Shown in pieces: positions 27,208 to 36,279 of a DNA stretch of 57,580 bases. A program made the position numbers and the translations under genes. Each line of letters opens with the position of its first letter. Within the stretch, counting starts at the first letter, position 1. A model generated the notes under the pieces. The model was not told where the DNA came from and made no database searches. It worked only from the letters and a program-made list of their open reading frames with translations. Source of the stretch: a virus (taxonomy: Duplodnaviria; Heunggongvirae; Uroviricota; Caudoviricetes); the IMG/VR virus record IMGVR_UViG_2529293084_000006, one strand, 5' to 3'.

Positions 27208-28871
27208 TGAATAACGCCGAAGAACTCTCCCCCTTACTGACGAATACCGTCTCCACCCGCAAAATTGATCTGGCCGGTGAAAAAGCCCTGCTGGGCGTGG
27301 ATGTGCCGGACAGCCTTGATTTGCCCGGTGATATGCCGGTATTTCTGGATTATCAGGCCCGCTGGTTTGAGGATGAAAGCGAGGTCTGCATCGCGGAAAA
27401 ATCCCGCCGCACCGGGCTTACCTGGGCGGAAGCCGGGCGTAACGTCATTACCGCTGCAAAACCGAAGCGGCGCGGTGGCCGCAATGTGTTTTATGTGGGG
27501 TCAAAGCAGGAGATGGCGCTGGAATATATTTCTGCCTGTGCACTGTTCTCCCGTGCCTTTAACCAGCTGGCAGATGCTGATGTGTATGAGCAGACCTTCT
27601 GGGATCGGGATAAAAAAGAAGAAATTCTGACCTACATGATCCGCTTTCCGAACAGTGGATTCAAAATTCAGGCACTGTCTTCCCGTCCGTCAAACCTGCG
27701 CGGCCTTCAGGGGGATGTGGTGATTGATGAAGCCGCGTTCCACGAGTCACTGGATGAGCTTCTCAAGGCGGCAATGGCGCTTACCATGTGGGGCGCGCGC
27801 GTGCGTATTATCTCCACGCATAACGGCGTCGATAATCTGTTTAATCAGTACATTCAGGAAGCCCGCGAAGGGCGCAAGGATTACAGCGTCCACCGCATTA
27901 CCCTGGATGATGCCATTGCGGACGGGCTGTACCGTCGTATCTGTTATGTCACCGGCCGCGAATGGTCACCGGAAAGCGAGCAGAAGTGGCGTGATGATCT
28001 CTACAAAAACGCCCCGACCCGTGAGGATGCCGACGAGGAATACGGCTGTATCCCGAAAAAATCCGGCGGTGCCTATATTCCTCACGCGCTTATTGAAATG
28101 GCGATGATCCGCGACATCCCGATTCTGACGTTTGAAGCCCCGGACGACTTCATCAGCCGTGCCGCATGGCTGCGTGAATCGGAGGTTTTAACCTGGTGTG
28201 AAGAACATTTAAAACCGCTTTTAGAGGCGTTAAATCCCCGTTCCCGATTCAGCTTCGGGGAAGACTTTGCCCGCACCGGAGACCTGTCCTGTTTTGTGCT
28301 GCTGGAAATCACTGAATCCCTGGCAAAACGCGAGGTGTTTCGCGTGGAGCTGCGCAACCTGCCGTATGCCCAGCAGGAGCAGGTGATGATGTACATCCTG
28401 ACCCGCGTTCCGGCGCTGGTCGGTGCGGCGTTCGACGCCACCGGTAACGGCGGCTATCTGGCCGAAGCCGCGCTGCTGGCCTTTGGCCCGGACATCATCG
28501 ACTGCGTGATGTTATCGCCGAAGTGGTACTGCGAGTGGATGCCAAAACTGAAGGCCGAGTTTGAGGATCAGAATATCCTCGTCGCCCGCCATCAGACCAC
28601 GCTTGATGATTTGCGCCATGTGAAGGTGGTGAACGGTATCCCGCAAATTGACAAGGGGCGTACGAAGGACCAGAACGCAACGGCTGTGAACGCCCGCCGC
28701 CATGGCGATTTTGCCGTGGCGCTCTGTATGGCAAACCGGGCGTCATACATGGAGGGCTTCATCCTGGATGAATCAGCCTGTCAGGCGCTGCCGGAGCGGT
28801 CGCGGGCCATGGAGGGCGGTTATCGTGATGACGATGAGGCATATCATGAATTTGATCGGGGGTGCTGGTAG
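27207..28871 (+). CDS. Terminase large subunit (Mu gp28-like)
   Basis: 554-aa ORF at the terminase position with an ATPase-like N-terminal region. Confidence 0.75.
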   Translation: MNNAEELSPLLTNTVSTRKIDLAGEKALLGVDVPDSLDLPGDMPVFLDYQARWFEDESEVCIAEKSRRTGLTWAEAGRNVITAAKPKRRGGRNVFYVGSKQEMALEYISACALFSRAFNQLADADVYEQTFWDRDKKEEILTYMIRFPNSGFKIQALSSRPSNLRGLQGDVVIDEAAFHESLDELLKAAMALTMWGARVRIISTHNGVDNLFNQYIQEAREGRKDYSVHRITLDDAIADGLYRRICYVTGREWSPESEQKWRDDLYKNAPTREDADEEYGCIPKKSGGAYIPHALIEMAMIRDIPILTFEAPDDFISRAAWLRESEVLTWCEEHLKPLLEALNPRSRFSFGEDFARTGDLSCFVLLEITESLAKREVFRVELRNLPYAQQEQVMMYILTRVPALVGAAFDATGNGGYLAEAALLAFGPDIIDCVMLSPKWYCEWMPKLKAEFEDQNILVARHQTTLDDLRHVKVVNGIPQIDKGRTKDQNATAVNARRHGDFAVALCMANRASYMEGFILDESACQALPERSRAMEGGYRDDDEAYHEFDRGCW

Positions 28872-30460
28872 TGGGACGTATAATTGATCTTGACGGAAAA
28901 CCTTTCTCCTTTGACCCGGAGATGCAGAGTGCCGCGCTGGATATTCCGCAGATTGCCAGCCGTTATATTGAACATCCGGCCTCGGGTATCACCCCGAACC
29001 GGGCGGCACAGTGCCTTCGCGGGGCTGAACGTGGCGATCTGATTGCCCAGTCCGATCTGGCCGCTGACATTGAAGAAAAGGATACCCATCTTTTTGCAGA
29101 GCTGGGCAAGCGACGTCTTGCCATTCAGGGGGTGCCCTGGAGTATTGAGCCGCCCCCGAACGCCAGCGCGAATGAGAAAAAGGACGCGGAAATGCTCGAC
29201 GAATACCTGCATTCCGCCGACTGGTTTGATGCCATGCTGTTTGATGCCACCGATGCCATCCTGAAAGGCTATTCCTGCATGGAGATTGAGCACGGGATGC
29301 TCGGTAAAATGCACATCATCCGCGCCATCCGCTGGCGTGACAGCGGGCATTTCTGCCTTAACCCGGATGATTTGAGCGAACTGCGGCTGCGTGACGGCAG
29401 CCATGCCGGGGTGGCGTTTCAGCCCTTTGGCTGGATAGTGCATCAGTCACGTTCACGCACCGGTTACGGCGGCGCAACAGGGCTTGTCAGAACGCTTATC
29501 TGGCCGTTCATTTTCAAAAACTATTCCGTGCGCGATCTGGCTGAATTTCTGGAGGTGTACGGCCTGCCGATGAAGGTCGGTAAATACCCGTCCGGGGCAA
29601 CACCGGAGCAGAAAAGCGCCCTGATGCGGGCGGTGATGGATATCGGGCGACGTACAGGCGGGATCATCCCGGCCGGGATGTCGCTGGAGTTTCAGGCAGC
29701 CGCGAACGGTCAGGCCGATCCGTTTGAAACCATGATTTCGTGGGGGGAGCGTTCCATCTCCAAAGCAATACTCGGCGGCACGCTGACCACGGAAGCCGGA
29801 GACAAAGGCGCGCGCTCGCTGGGTGAAGTGCATAACGAGGTGCGCCGGGAAATCAGGGATTCTGATTTACGCCAGCTGGCCGCCACGCTGAACCGCGATC
29901 TGGTGTATCCGCTGTATGCCCTGAACACCGCCCACGCCATTGATATCCGTCGCCTGCCGCGTATCTGTTTCCAGACAAAAGAGCCGGGGGATATCACCAA
30001 AATCACCAGTGCGGTGATGCAGCTCAGTACGGGGATGGATATTCCTGATCCCTGGGTACGGGAGCAGACCGGTATTCCACAGCCTGCCCCCGGTGAAGCC
30101 ATCTTCCGTGTCCGTCAGAGTGGCAATGAACCTGCTCAGACAGACAAAGAGATGCCACCGGAAAAACAGGAGAAGACAGAGCAGACAGCGCTGGCTGCCA
30201 GACTGCCGGAAGCGAAGAGCAGCCCCCGAGATGAACTGGACGACATGGGGGATGCGGTGCCTGCCCGCCGGTTACAGGAGGCCATCGACCCGGTACTGGA
30301 GCCGGTCATTGAAGCCATCAGAACGCGGGGGCTGGCGGAGGCACTGGCAGACCTGCCTGCCCTTTACCGTGAAATGGATGATTCCCGCCTGATGACGCTG
30401 CTCAGTGATGCCATGTTTGCTGCGGAAATGAAGGGGATGCTGGATGGCACAGGGGATTGA
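28862..30460 (+). CDS. Portal protein (Mu gp29/H-like)
   Basis: 532 aa following the terminase; acidic C-terminus. Confidence 0.75.
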   Translation: MLVVGRIIDLDGKPFSFDPEMQSAALDIPQIASRYIEHPASGITPNRAAQCLRGAERGDLIAQSDLAADIEEKDTHLFAELGKRRLAIQGVPWSIEPPPNASANEKKDAEMLDEYLHSADWFDAMLFDATDAILKGYSCMEIEHGMLGKMHIIRAIRWRDSGHFCLNPDDLSELRLRDGSHAGVAFQPFGWIVHQSRSRTGYGGATGLVRTLIWPFIFKNYSVRDLAEFLEVYGLPMKVGKYPSGATPEQKSALMRAVMDIGRRTGGIIPAGMSLEFQAAANGQADPFETMISWGERSISKAILGGTLTTEAGDKGARSLGEVHNEVRREIRDSDLRQLAATLNRDLVYPLYALNTAHAIDIRRLPRICFQTKEPGDITKITSAVMQLSTGMDIPDPWVREQTGIPQPAPGEAIFRVRQSGNEPAQTDKEMPPEKQEKTEQTALAARLPEAKSSPRDELDDMGDAVPARRLQEAIDPVLEPVIEAIRTRGLAEALADLPALYREMDDSRLMTLLSDAMFAAEMKGMLDGTGD

Positions 30461-31775
30461 TTTAGGTTATGCCGCCACGCTTCCCTCAAAAGAGGCGGTG
30501 GCATACTTCCGCGCCAAAGGGGCGCATATCAGCTGGAACTGGTTCGAAACAAACGCAGATGTTCATGCCCGTTCATTCACGGCGGCAAAAGTGGCACGCC
30601 TGGACGTACTGACCACACTACAGGCGGAAGTGCAGCGTGCTGTTGATGAGGGGATTTCACAGAAAGCATTTATCCGCACACTGACACCCCGCCTGCAAAA
30701 GCTGGGATGGTGGGGAAAACAGATTGTGGTGGACAGTGCCGGTAACGCGGAAGAAGTGCAGCTGGGCAGTCCCCGCCGTCTGGCGCTGATTTACAACGTG
30801 AACACCCGTGTGGCTTACAATGCCGGGCGTTACACGCAGATGATGAACAACACGGACACGCATCCGTTCTGGCAGTATGTGGCGGTGATGGACAGCCGCA
30901 CCCGCCCGGCGCATTCCGCCCTTAACGGTCTGGTATTCCGCTATGACGATCCGTTCTGGAATACACACTACCCGCCCAATGGCTGGAACTGTCGCTGCCG
31001 TGTCCGGCCATTGTCTCAGGCCCGTCTGGATGCGATGGGGTTATCCGTTTCATCCGGTCAGGATCATCTCTCCACCCGCAATGTTGAGGCTGGCGTGGAT
31101 AAGCAGACCGGGGAAGTCAGAGAAATGCCGGTGACCACATATTCAGATGGCACCAGAACCATGACACCGGATGTGGGCTGGTCATATAACCCCGGTTCGG
31201 CGGCGTTCGGCACAGACCAGGCGCTGATCCGTAAACTGATCGAGGTGAAAAGCCCGGCGCTGCGGGAAATGGTGGTTCAGGAGATGAACAACAGCCCGGA
31301 GCGGCAACTGGCGTTCCGCATCTGGGCAAAAAACATCATGAAAACCCGGCGAGGCGGTAACGATATCCGCACGCTGGGCTTTATGACCGAAAGCATTGCG
31401 CAGGCGGTGGAAAGCCGGACGGGAACGCCACCGGCCCGCCTGCTGGCGATGAGCGGTAAAAATGTGCTCCATGCGGACAGCATGAAACATCAGAATGACG
31501 GTATCGCCCTGACGCCGGAGGATTTCGGGCGCTTACCGGCAATGCTGGCAAGGCCAAAAGCGGTACTGTGGGACAAACGGCACAACAATCTGATGTATAT
31601 CGTGGAAAATCAGGATGGCAGTGTGCAGATTGCCGTTAATGCACCGTACAGCCTGAAGCGTCAGCCGGATAAACTGGATGTGATTGTTAATGCTTACCGG
31701 GTTATCAATATGGATAAGCTGAAATCGGATATCCGGGGCGGAATGCTTGAGGTACTGGAAGGAGATATTGATTAA
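30444..31775 (+). CDS. Head morphogenesis protein (Mu F-like)
   Basis: 443 aa following the portal; conserved FWQYVAVMDSRTRPAHSALNG region. Confidence 0.75.
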   Translation: MAQGIDLGYAATLPSKEAVAYFRAKGAHISWNWFETNADVHARSFTAAKVARLDVLTTLQAEVQRAVDEGISQKAFIRTLTPRLQKLGWWGKQIVVDSAGNAEEVQLGSPRRLALIYNVNTRVAYNAGRYTQMMNNTDTHPFWQYVAVMDSRTRPAHSALNGLVFRYDDPFWNTHYPPNGWNCRCRVRPLSQARLDAMGLSVSSGQDHLSTRNVEAGVDKQTGEVREMPVTTYSDGTRTMTPDVGWSYNPGSAAFGTDQALIRKLIEVKSPALREMVVQEMNNSPERQLAFRIWAKNIMKTRRGGNDIRTLGFMTESIAQAVESRTGTPPARLLAMSGKNVLHADSMKHQNDGIALTPEDFGRLPAMLARPKAVLWDKRHNNLMYIVENQDGSVQIAVNAPYSLKRQPDKLDVIVNAYRVINMDKLKSDIRGGMLEVLEGDID

Positions 31776-31860
31776 CGGTCAGTGGCGGGGGTCGAACCCG
31801 CATACATGATCCACCCGGAGGCAGGCACCGACTTTACCAGTTAAGCGTACACTGACCGCC
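31776..31860 (-). other. Structured intergenic element with tRNA-like acceptor stem and T-arm (not a canonical tRNA)
   Basis: On the minus strand: 7-bp acceptor-like pairing (GTCAGTG/CACTGAC), T-arm GCGGG-TTCGACC-CCCGC adjacent to the 3' strand; no anticodon arm can be folded. On the + strand a 9-bp closing stem is followed by TGTTTATTTT. Confidence 0.3.
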
Positions 31861-31896
31861 TGTTTATTTTATATTCATCCTTTATGCGGAGGCAAT

Positions 31897-32370
31897 ATGT
31901 CATCCATTGATGCCGCTGTCGTTGTTGACGTTACGCGTCTCCAGCGGGTCTTTGCCCGGCTTCAGTTTGTGGGTGGTGGAAAAGACCTGACCCGCAGTGT
32001 GGCGTCCAGCCTTCTGTCATCGTCAGAAATGGCGTTTGAACAGGAAAAAGAGCCGGACGGCGAACGCTGGCATGACTGGTCAGATCCTTACCGCAAGTGG
32101 CGTACCCGTAAGGGATACATGCCCGGCAAAATCCTGACGCTGAACGGCGATCTGGCCCGACGCCTGACCACGGATTATGGCGATACCTGGGCGCTGATTG
32201 GATCAAATGAGCCTTATGCGGCCATTCATCAGTGGGGGGGCCTGCCAGGTATGCCGCCTGGACCGGCGGCCATTGGTGCACGTCCGTATATGGGCTTTGA
32301 TCAGGTGGCAGAGCAGGAGATCATGGACGAAATCAGAAAACGCTTTAAAAAGGCCACAGAAACGCCTTAA
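31897..32370 (+). CDS. Virion morphogenesis protein (Mu G-like)
   Basis: 157-aa ORF between F and the protease/scaffold gene; GGAGG RBS. Confidence 0.6.
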   Translation: MSSIDAAVVVDVTRLQRVFARLQFVGGGKDLTRSVASSLLSSSEMAFEQEKEPDGERWHDWSDPYRKWRTRKGYMPGKILTLNGDLARRLTTDYGDTWALIGSNEPYAAIHQWGGLPGMPPGPAAIGARPYMGFDQVAEQEIMDEIRKRFKKATETP

Positions 32371-32431
32371 TTGTTTAAGGTATGCAAATGCATTACCTTA
32401 CCCCCTTCAGGCGCGTGTCGTGATTTTCTAA

Positions 32432-32523
32432 CCTGAATTTAACGGGCTTTAAAATCTGCGTGAAGCGCCTTTGTATTTTTCCCCTGAAAGCACTTCCTGA
32501 AATCCCGCAAAACCCGCCCTGAA
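32432..32523 (+). promoter_or_regulatory. Four direct CCTGAA(A) repeats upstream of gene I (candidate late promoter / activator sites)
   Basis: CCTGAA at 32432, 32483, 32496 and 32518 in the 176-bp G-I intergenic region, preceded by a hairpin at 32376..32400. Confidence 0.3.
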
Positions 32524-32546
32524 AATTCCCGGCTTATGCTGCCGGA

Positions 32547-33671
32547 ATGAAGACGAAAAACACGCCCAAACTTGCTTATGCCATTCTGAATGCCATCAGC
32601 CTGTCCGCAGACGGGGACGGTGACTGGTGTCAGATCATGCCAGCCGGTCGGGTAAAGGCCCGTGACGGTCGCCCGGAAAAACCGGCTGAAGGCTGGCTGA
32701 TTAACCGTGCGACCGTTGAGCGCATGGTCTCCCGGGTTGTGGCGCTCAATCAGCCGGTGAAAATTGACTACAACCACCAGACCCTGATTGAGGGACATCC
32801 GGCACCGGCTGCCGGTTTTGTGATGGCCTCACCGGAGAATTTTCGCTTCAGTGAAGAGCGTGGCTTCGAGGTGCGCCCGAAGTGGAACCCTCCGGCCCTT
32901 GAACATCTGCGTAATAACGAATTCCCCTGGTTTTCACCGGTGATTGGCTATGACGAGAGCACCGGCGAACCTGTCGAACTTCGGATGCTGGCTATTACCG
33001 GTGACCCCGGTCTGACCGGCATGAATCCTGTCGCCGCGCTGTCGGCGGATGACCTTTATAACGCCTTAAACCCTCCGTTAAAGGATACCTCCATGAATGA
33101 GCAATTACGCCAGTTGCTGACGGCGCTCGGTCTGACCGTGGCTGACGGTGACGAATTTACGCCGGAGCTGGGCACGGCGGCGCTGTCTGCACTCACCGGG
33201 ATCAAAACCCGTGCGGATGCACACGACAACCTGAAAACACAGGTCGCCAGTCTGTCGGCAGAGCTGGAAACCGCAAAAGGCACACCGGCTGGCGGCAGTA
33301 TTGATCTGACGAAATACGTGCCCGTTGAAACGTATAACGCCCTGCGTACCGAATACGTTGCGCTGTCGGCACAGCACGGCAGCACCACACTGGAGCAGGT
33401 GCTGGACAAGGCTGAATCCGAAGGGCGCATCTTCAAAAGCGAACGCGGCTATCTGGAACAACTGGGCGGGCAGATTGGCGTTGCGGCACTTTCTGCACAG
33501 CTTGACGCCCGACAGCCGGTTGCGGCCCTGACCGGCCTTCAGACCGACACCGTGACCGTGCCGGATAAAAAGACTGCCACCGCTGCGCTGTCGGCTGAAG
33601 ATATCGCCGCTGCCCATCTGCTGGGTAAAACCGAAGCCGAGTTCCTGAAAATGAAAGAGGAAATGCAATAA
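32547..33671 (+). CDS. Head protease / scaffold protein (Mu I-like)
   Basis: 374 aa immediately upstream of the major head gene; Ala-rich helical C-terminal half. Confidence 0.7.
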   Translation: MKTKNTPKLAYAILNAISLSADGDGDWCQIMPAGRVKARDGRPEKPAEGWLINRATVERMVSRVVALNQPVKIDYNHQTLIEGHPAPAAGFVMASPENFRFSEERGFEVRPKWNPPALEHLRNNEFPWFSPVIGYDESTGEPVELRMLAITGDPGLTGMNPVAALSADDLYNALNPPLKDTSMNEQLRQLLTALGLTVADGDEFTPELGTAALSALTGIKTRADAHDNLKTQVASLSAELETAKGTPAGGSIDLTKYVPVETYNALRTEYVALSAQHGSTTLEQVLDKAESEGRIFKSERGYLEQLGGQIGVAALSAQLDARQPVAALTGLQTDTVTVPDKKTATAALSAEDIAAAHLLGKTEAEFLKMKEEMQ

Positions 33672-34618
33672 TGCCTACCCCGATTACACCGGCGATGATC
33701 ACCGCCCTGATGACGGGCTACCGTTCTGATTTTCAGGCCGGGATGTCCATGGCCCCGTCGCAGTACAAAAAAATTGCGATGACCGTGCCCTCCACCTCGA
33801 AATCCAACACCTACGGCTGGCTGGGGCAGTTCCCGCAGTTCCGTGAGTGGATCGGCTCCCGCGTCATCGAGAAGATGAAAGCCTATGGCTATGCCATCGT
33901 GAACAAAACTTTTGAAGGCACTGTCGCCATTAGCCGCGATGACTTCGAAGACGACAACCTCGGTATTTATTCCCCGTTGTTCCAGGAGATGGGGCGCGCT
34001 GCGGCGGTACAACCGGATGAGCTGGTCTTTGCTGCCCTGCGTGACGGGATCAGTGCGGCCTGCTATGACGGTCAGAACTTCTTTGATACCGAACATCCGG
34101 TTTACCCCAAAGTGGATGGCTCCGGGGATGCGCAGATGGTCAGCAATATGTTTGTGGCAAAAACCGGCTCTGTCGGTGCACAGGCGGATTACAGCGGTCC
34201 TGCCTGGTATCTGCTCGACTGTTCACGCGCAATCAAACCGCTGATTTATCAGGATCGCCGTAAGGCTGAACTGGTTGCCCAGACCAAAGTCGATGAAGGT
34301 CGCGCATTCACCGATAACGAATTTGTGTTCGGTGCTTCTGCCCGTCGCAATGTGGGCTACGGCTTCTGGCAGATGGCCTACATGATGCAGTCACCGCTGA
34401 CGCTGGATGCACTGTGGCACGGCTGGTCAGCCATGCGCGAATTTACCGCTGACGGTGGCCGCAAACTCGGCATCAAACCCACCCATATTGTTGTCCCCAC
34501 CTCGCTGGAAAAACAGGCGGTGCAGCTGCTGGAGCGTGAACTGTTCGCAGACGGTAACGCCACCGTCTCTAACGAGATGAAGGGCAAGCTGGAGCTGGTT
34601 GTCGCGGATTATCTGTAA
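33671..34618 (+). CDS. Major head subunit (Mu T-like)
   Basis: 315-aa ORF at the T position; followed by a GC hairpin (GCCGGGC-TTAC-GCCCGGC). Confidence 0.8.
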   Translation: MPTPITPAMITALMTGYRSDFQAGMSMAPSQYKKIAMTVPSTSKSNTYGWLGQFPQFREWIGSRVIEKMKAYGYAIVNKTFEGTVAISRDDFEDDNLGIYSPLFQEMGRAAAVQPDELVFAALRDGISAACYDGQNFFDTEHPVYPKVDGSGDAQMVSNMFVAKTGSVGAQADYSGPAWYLLDCSRAIKPLIYQDRRKAELVAQTKVDEGRAFTDNEFVFGASARRNVGYGFWQMAYMMQSPLTLDALWHGWSAMREFTADGGRKLGIKPTHIVVPTSLEKQAVQLLERELFADGNATVSNEMKGKLELVVADYL

Positions 34619-34661
34619 ATGGTGAGCCGGGCTTACGGCCCGGCCCCTGCGGAGGGCAAAT

Positions 34662-35060
34662 ATGAATGAACATCACACTGTGGCAGCAACAGATGATTCA
34701 GGTCTTCAGGTCAGTGGTGACAATTCTGTCACGGTGCTGGCAGAAGTGCGTTGCAGTCGTTCGGCGTTTCGTCGTGCGGGATTCCTGTTCACGCGTGGAC
34801 GTCAGCAGGTTGAGGTCACCCCGGAGCAGCTTGCCCGACTGGAGGCGGAGCCATGCCTCACTGTGCGAATACTACAGACGCCTGCTGATGATGCGGGGAG
34901 CGTGGCGGGTGTGGTTCATGCAGTGGCCGGTTCAGATTTAGCCGAAGCCGAAGCCGAAGCCGAAGCCGAAGCCGAAGCCGAAGCCGAAGCCGAAGCCGAA
35001 GCCGGACAGGATGCTCCCTGGAAAAAGACCGGTAACAAAGCGAAACAGGCCCGTGCATGA
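34662..35060 (+). CDS. Hypothetical head-region protein containing an (Ala-Glu)n repeat
   Basis: 132 aa; residues 94-114 are AEAEAE... encoded by the hexanucleotide repeat. Confidence 0.5.
   Translation: MNEHHTVAATDDSGLQVSGDNSVTVLAEVRCSRSAFRRAGFLFTRGRQQVEVTPEQLARLEAEPCLTVRILQTPADDAGSVAGVVHAVAGSDLAEAEAEAEAEAEAEAEAEAEAGQDAPWKKTGNKAKQARA
34941..35000 (+). repeat. Perfect hexanucleotide tandem repeat (GCCGAA) x ~10, in frame
   Basis: Read directly; copy number derived from the 132-aa ORF length. Confidence 0.9.
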
Positions 35061-35476
35061 ATTACGCCACTGAAACCGATATGCGGGCGCGTTACCGCGA
35101 GGATTTGCTCAGGCCGTTACTGGCTGTGCCCCGTTCGGATGAGCCGGATACGCGCAAGCTGAACCGGGCGCTGACAGATGCGTCAGCCCTTATCGACAGC
35201 TATCTGTCCGCCCGTTACACGCTGCCGCTGGAGGTTATTCCGGCCGTTCTTGTTCAGCACTGTTGCGCGATTGCCTTTTATTACCTGTGCGATCAGCGAG
35301 CCTCAGATCAGGCGCGTGACCGTTACCGTGAGGCGCTGGCCTGGCTGAAAGATGTCATGAACGGCAATGTGCCGGTAGGTGTGGATACGAACGGAGCGGC
35401 CCCTGAATCCGGGGATTTACCACAGGTTCAGTCTGATGCAGCGGTATTCGGGCGCAACCAGAAGGGCTTCATATGA
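35057..35476 (+). CDS. Head-tail joining protein (Mu gp36 position)
   Basis: 139-aa ORF overlapping neighbours by start/stop. Confidence 0.45.
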   Translation: MNYATETDMRARYREDLLRPLLAVPRSDEPDTRKLNRALTDASALIDSYLSARYTLPLEVIPAVLVQHCCAIAFYYLCDQRASDQARDRYREALAWLKDVMNGNVPVGVDTNGAAPESGDLPQVQSDAAVFGRNQKGFI

Positions 35477-36033
35477 TTACGGAAACCGAACAGGCATACA
35501 TCGCCCGTATCCGTGAGTATTTCGGGAATGAACTGGTGTCTGTTGACACGCATCCCGGCGACTGGAACGACAGCGTACTGCGCACCATGCTGATTAACGC
35601 CCCGGCGATCTACGTTGCCTGGCTGGGTGCCGGTGAAGGCCGTACCCGTGGTCGCCTGGTCAGTCACTGGGTGTTCTACGTCATCGGCGACATGCTCAAC
35701 GGGCGTGAGGCCAGCCGTCCCGGATTGTATCAGATTGTGGCCCGGCTGATTGCCGTGCTTAACGGCTTCAGAACAGAAAAAACCTCACCGCTTTACTTTG
35801 AAAAGGCGGTCAACGGTTACACCGAAACCCAGGCGGACAGTGGTGCGGTGATGTATGCGCTTTATTTCTCCTGCGAGGAAATGATCGCACCGCTGACCGA
35901 TATCAGCTCGCTGGACGACTTCCTGCGTCATTACGAAACCTTTGTGGAGCCGCCCGGTACGCCGCCGTTTGAGGCACATATTGATTTGCCGGGGAACACG
36001 ACAACGGCGGTCGAACCGCCGGAGGAACTGTAA
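35473..36033 (+). CDS. Conserved phage protein (Mu gp37 position)
   Basis: 186-aa ORF. Confidence 0.45.
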   Translation: MITETEQAYIARIREYFGNELVSVDTHPGDWNDSVLRTMLINAPAIYVAWLGAGEGRTRGRLVSHWVFYVIGDMLNGREASRPGLYQIVARLIAVLNGFRTEKTSPLYFEKAVNGYTETQADSGAVMYALYFSCEEMIAPLTDISSLDDFLRHYETFVEPPGTPPFEAHIDLPGNTTTAVEPPEEL

Positions 36034-36279
36034 ATGAAAACCATCTTTATCAAACCCGCGCCGGGACGCCTGATTCGTGATCCCGACACAATGCGCCCGC
36101 TGGCACAGGAGGGGGAGGAAAAGCCCTTTACGCCGTTCTGGTGTCGGCGTCTTGATGACGGCGATGTCATTCAGGCTGAAAAAGCCGCTGAAGAGGCTCC
36201 GGCTGTATCTGCGGATGCAACGACTGCGACAGAAAAACCGGTCGCCCAACCGGCATCCGATAAGGAGAAACCGCAATGA
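36034..36279 (+). CDS. Small conserved protein (Mu gp38 position)
   Basis: 81 aa; resembles the small host-prophage ORF at 9417..9587. Confidence 0.45.
   Translation: MKTIFIKPAPGRLIRDPDTMRPLAQEGEEKPFTPFWCRRLDDGDVIQAEKAAEEAPAVSADATTATEKPVAQPASDKEKPQ

Noticed and set aside
31776-31860. Possible tRNA gene in the F-G intergenic region
   Set aside because: Acceptor-like stem and a good T-arm are present, but no D-arm or anticodon arm can be folded; kept only as a tRNA-like structured element.
33105-33668. 187-aa reverse-strand ORF
   Set aside because: Antisense to the protease/scaffold gene I; Cys/Arg-rich composition atypical of a real protein.
34941-35000. Possible CRISPR array or satellite
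   Set aside because: The unit is 6 bp with no spacers and is in frame inside a gene; it is a coding microsatellite.
34858-35058. 66-aa reverse-strand ORF rich in RLRLRL
   Set aside because: It is the antisense reading of the (GCCGAA)n repeat inside the + strand gene.
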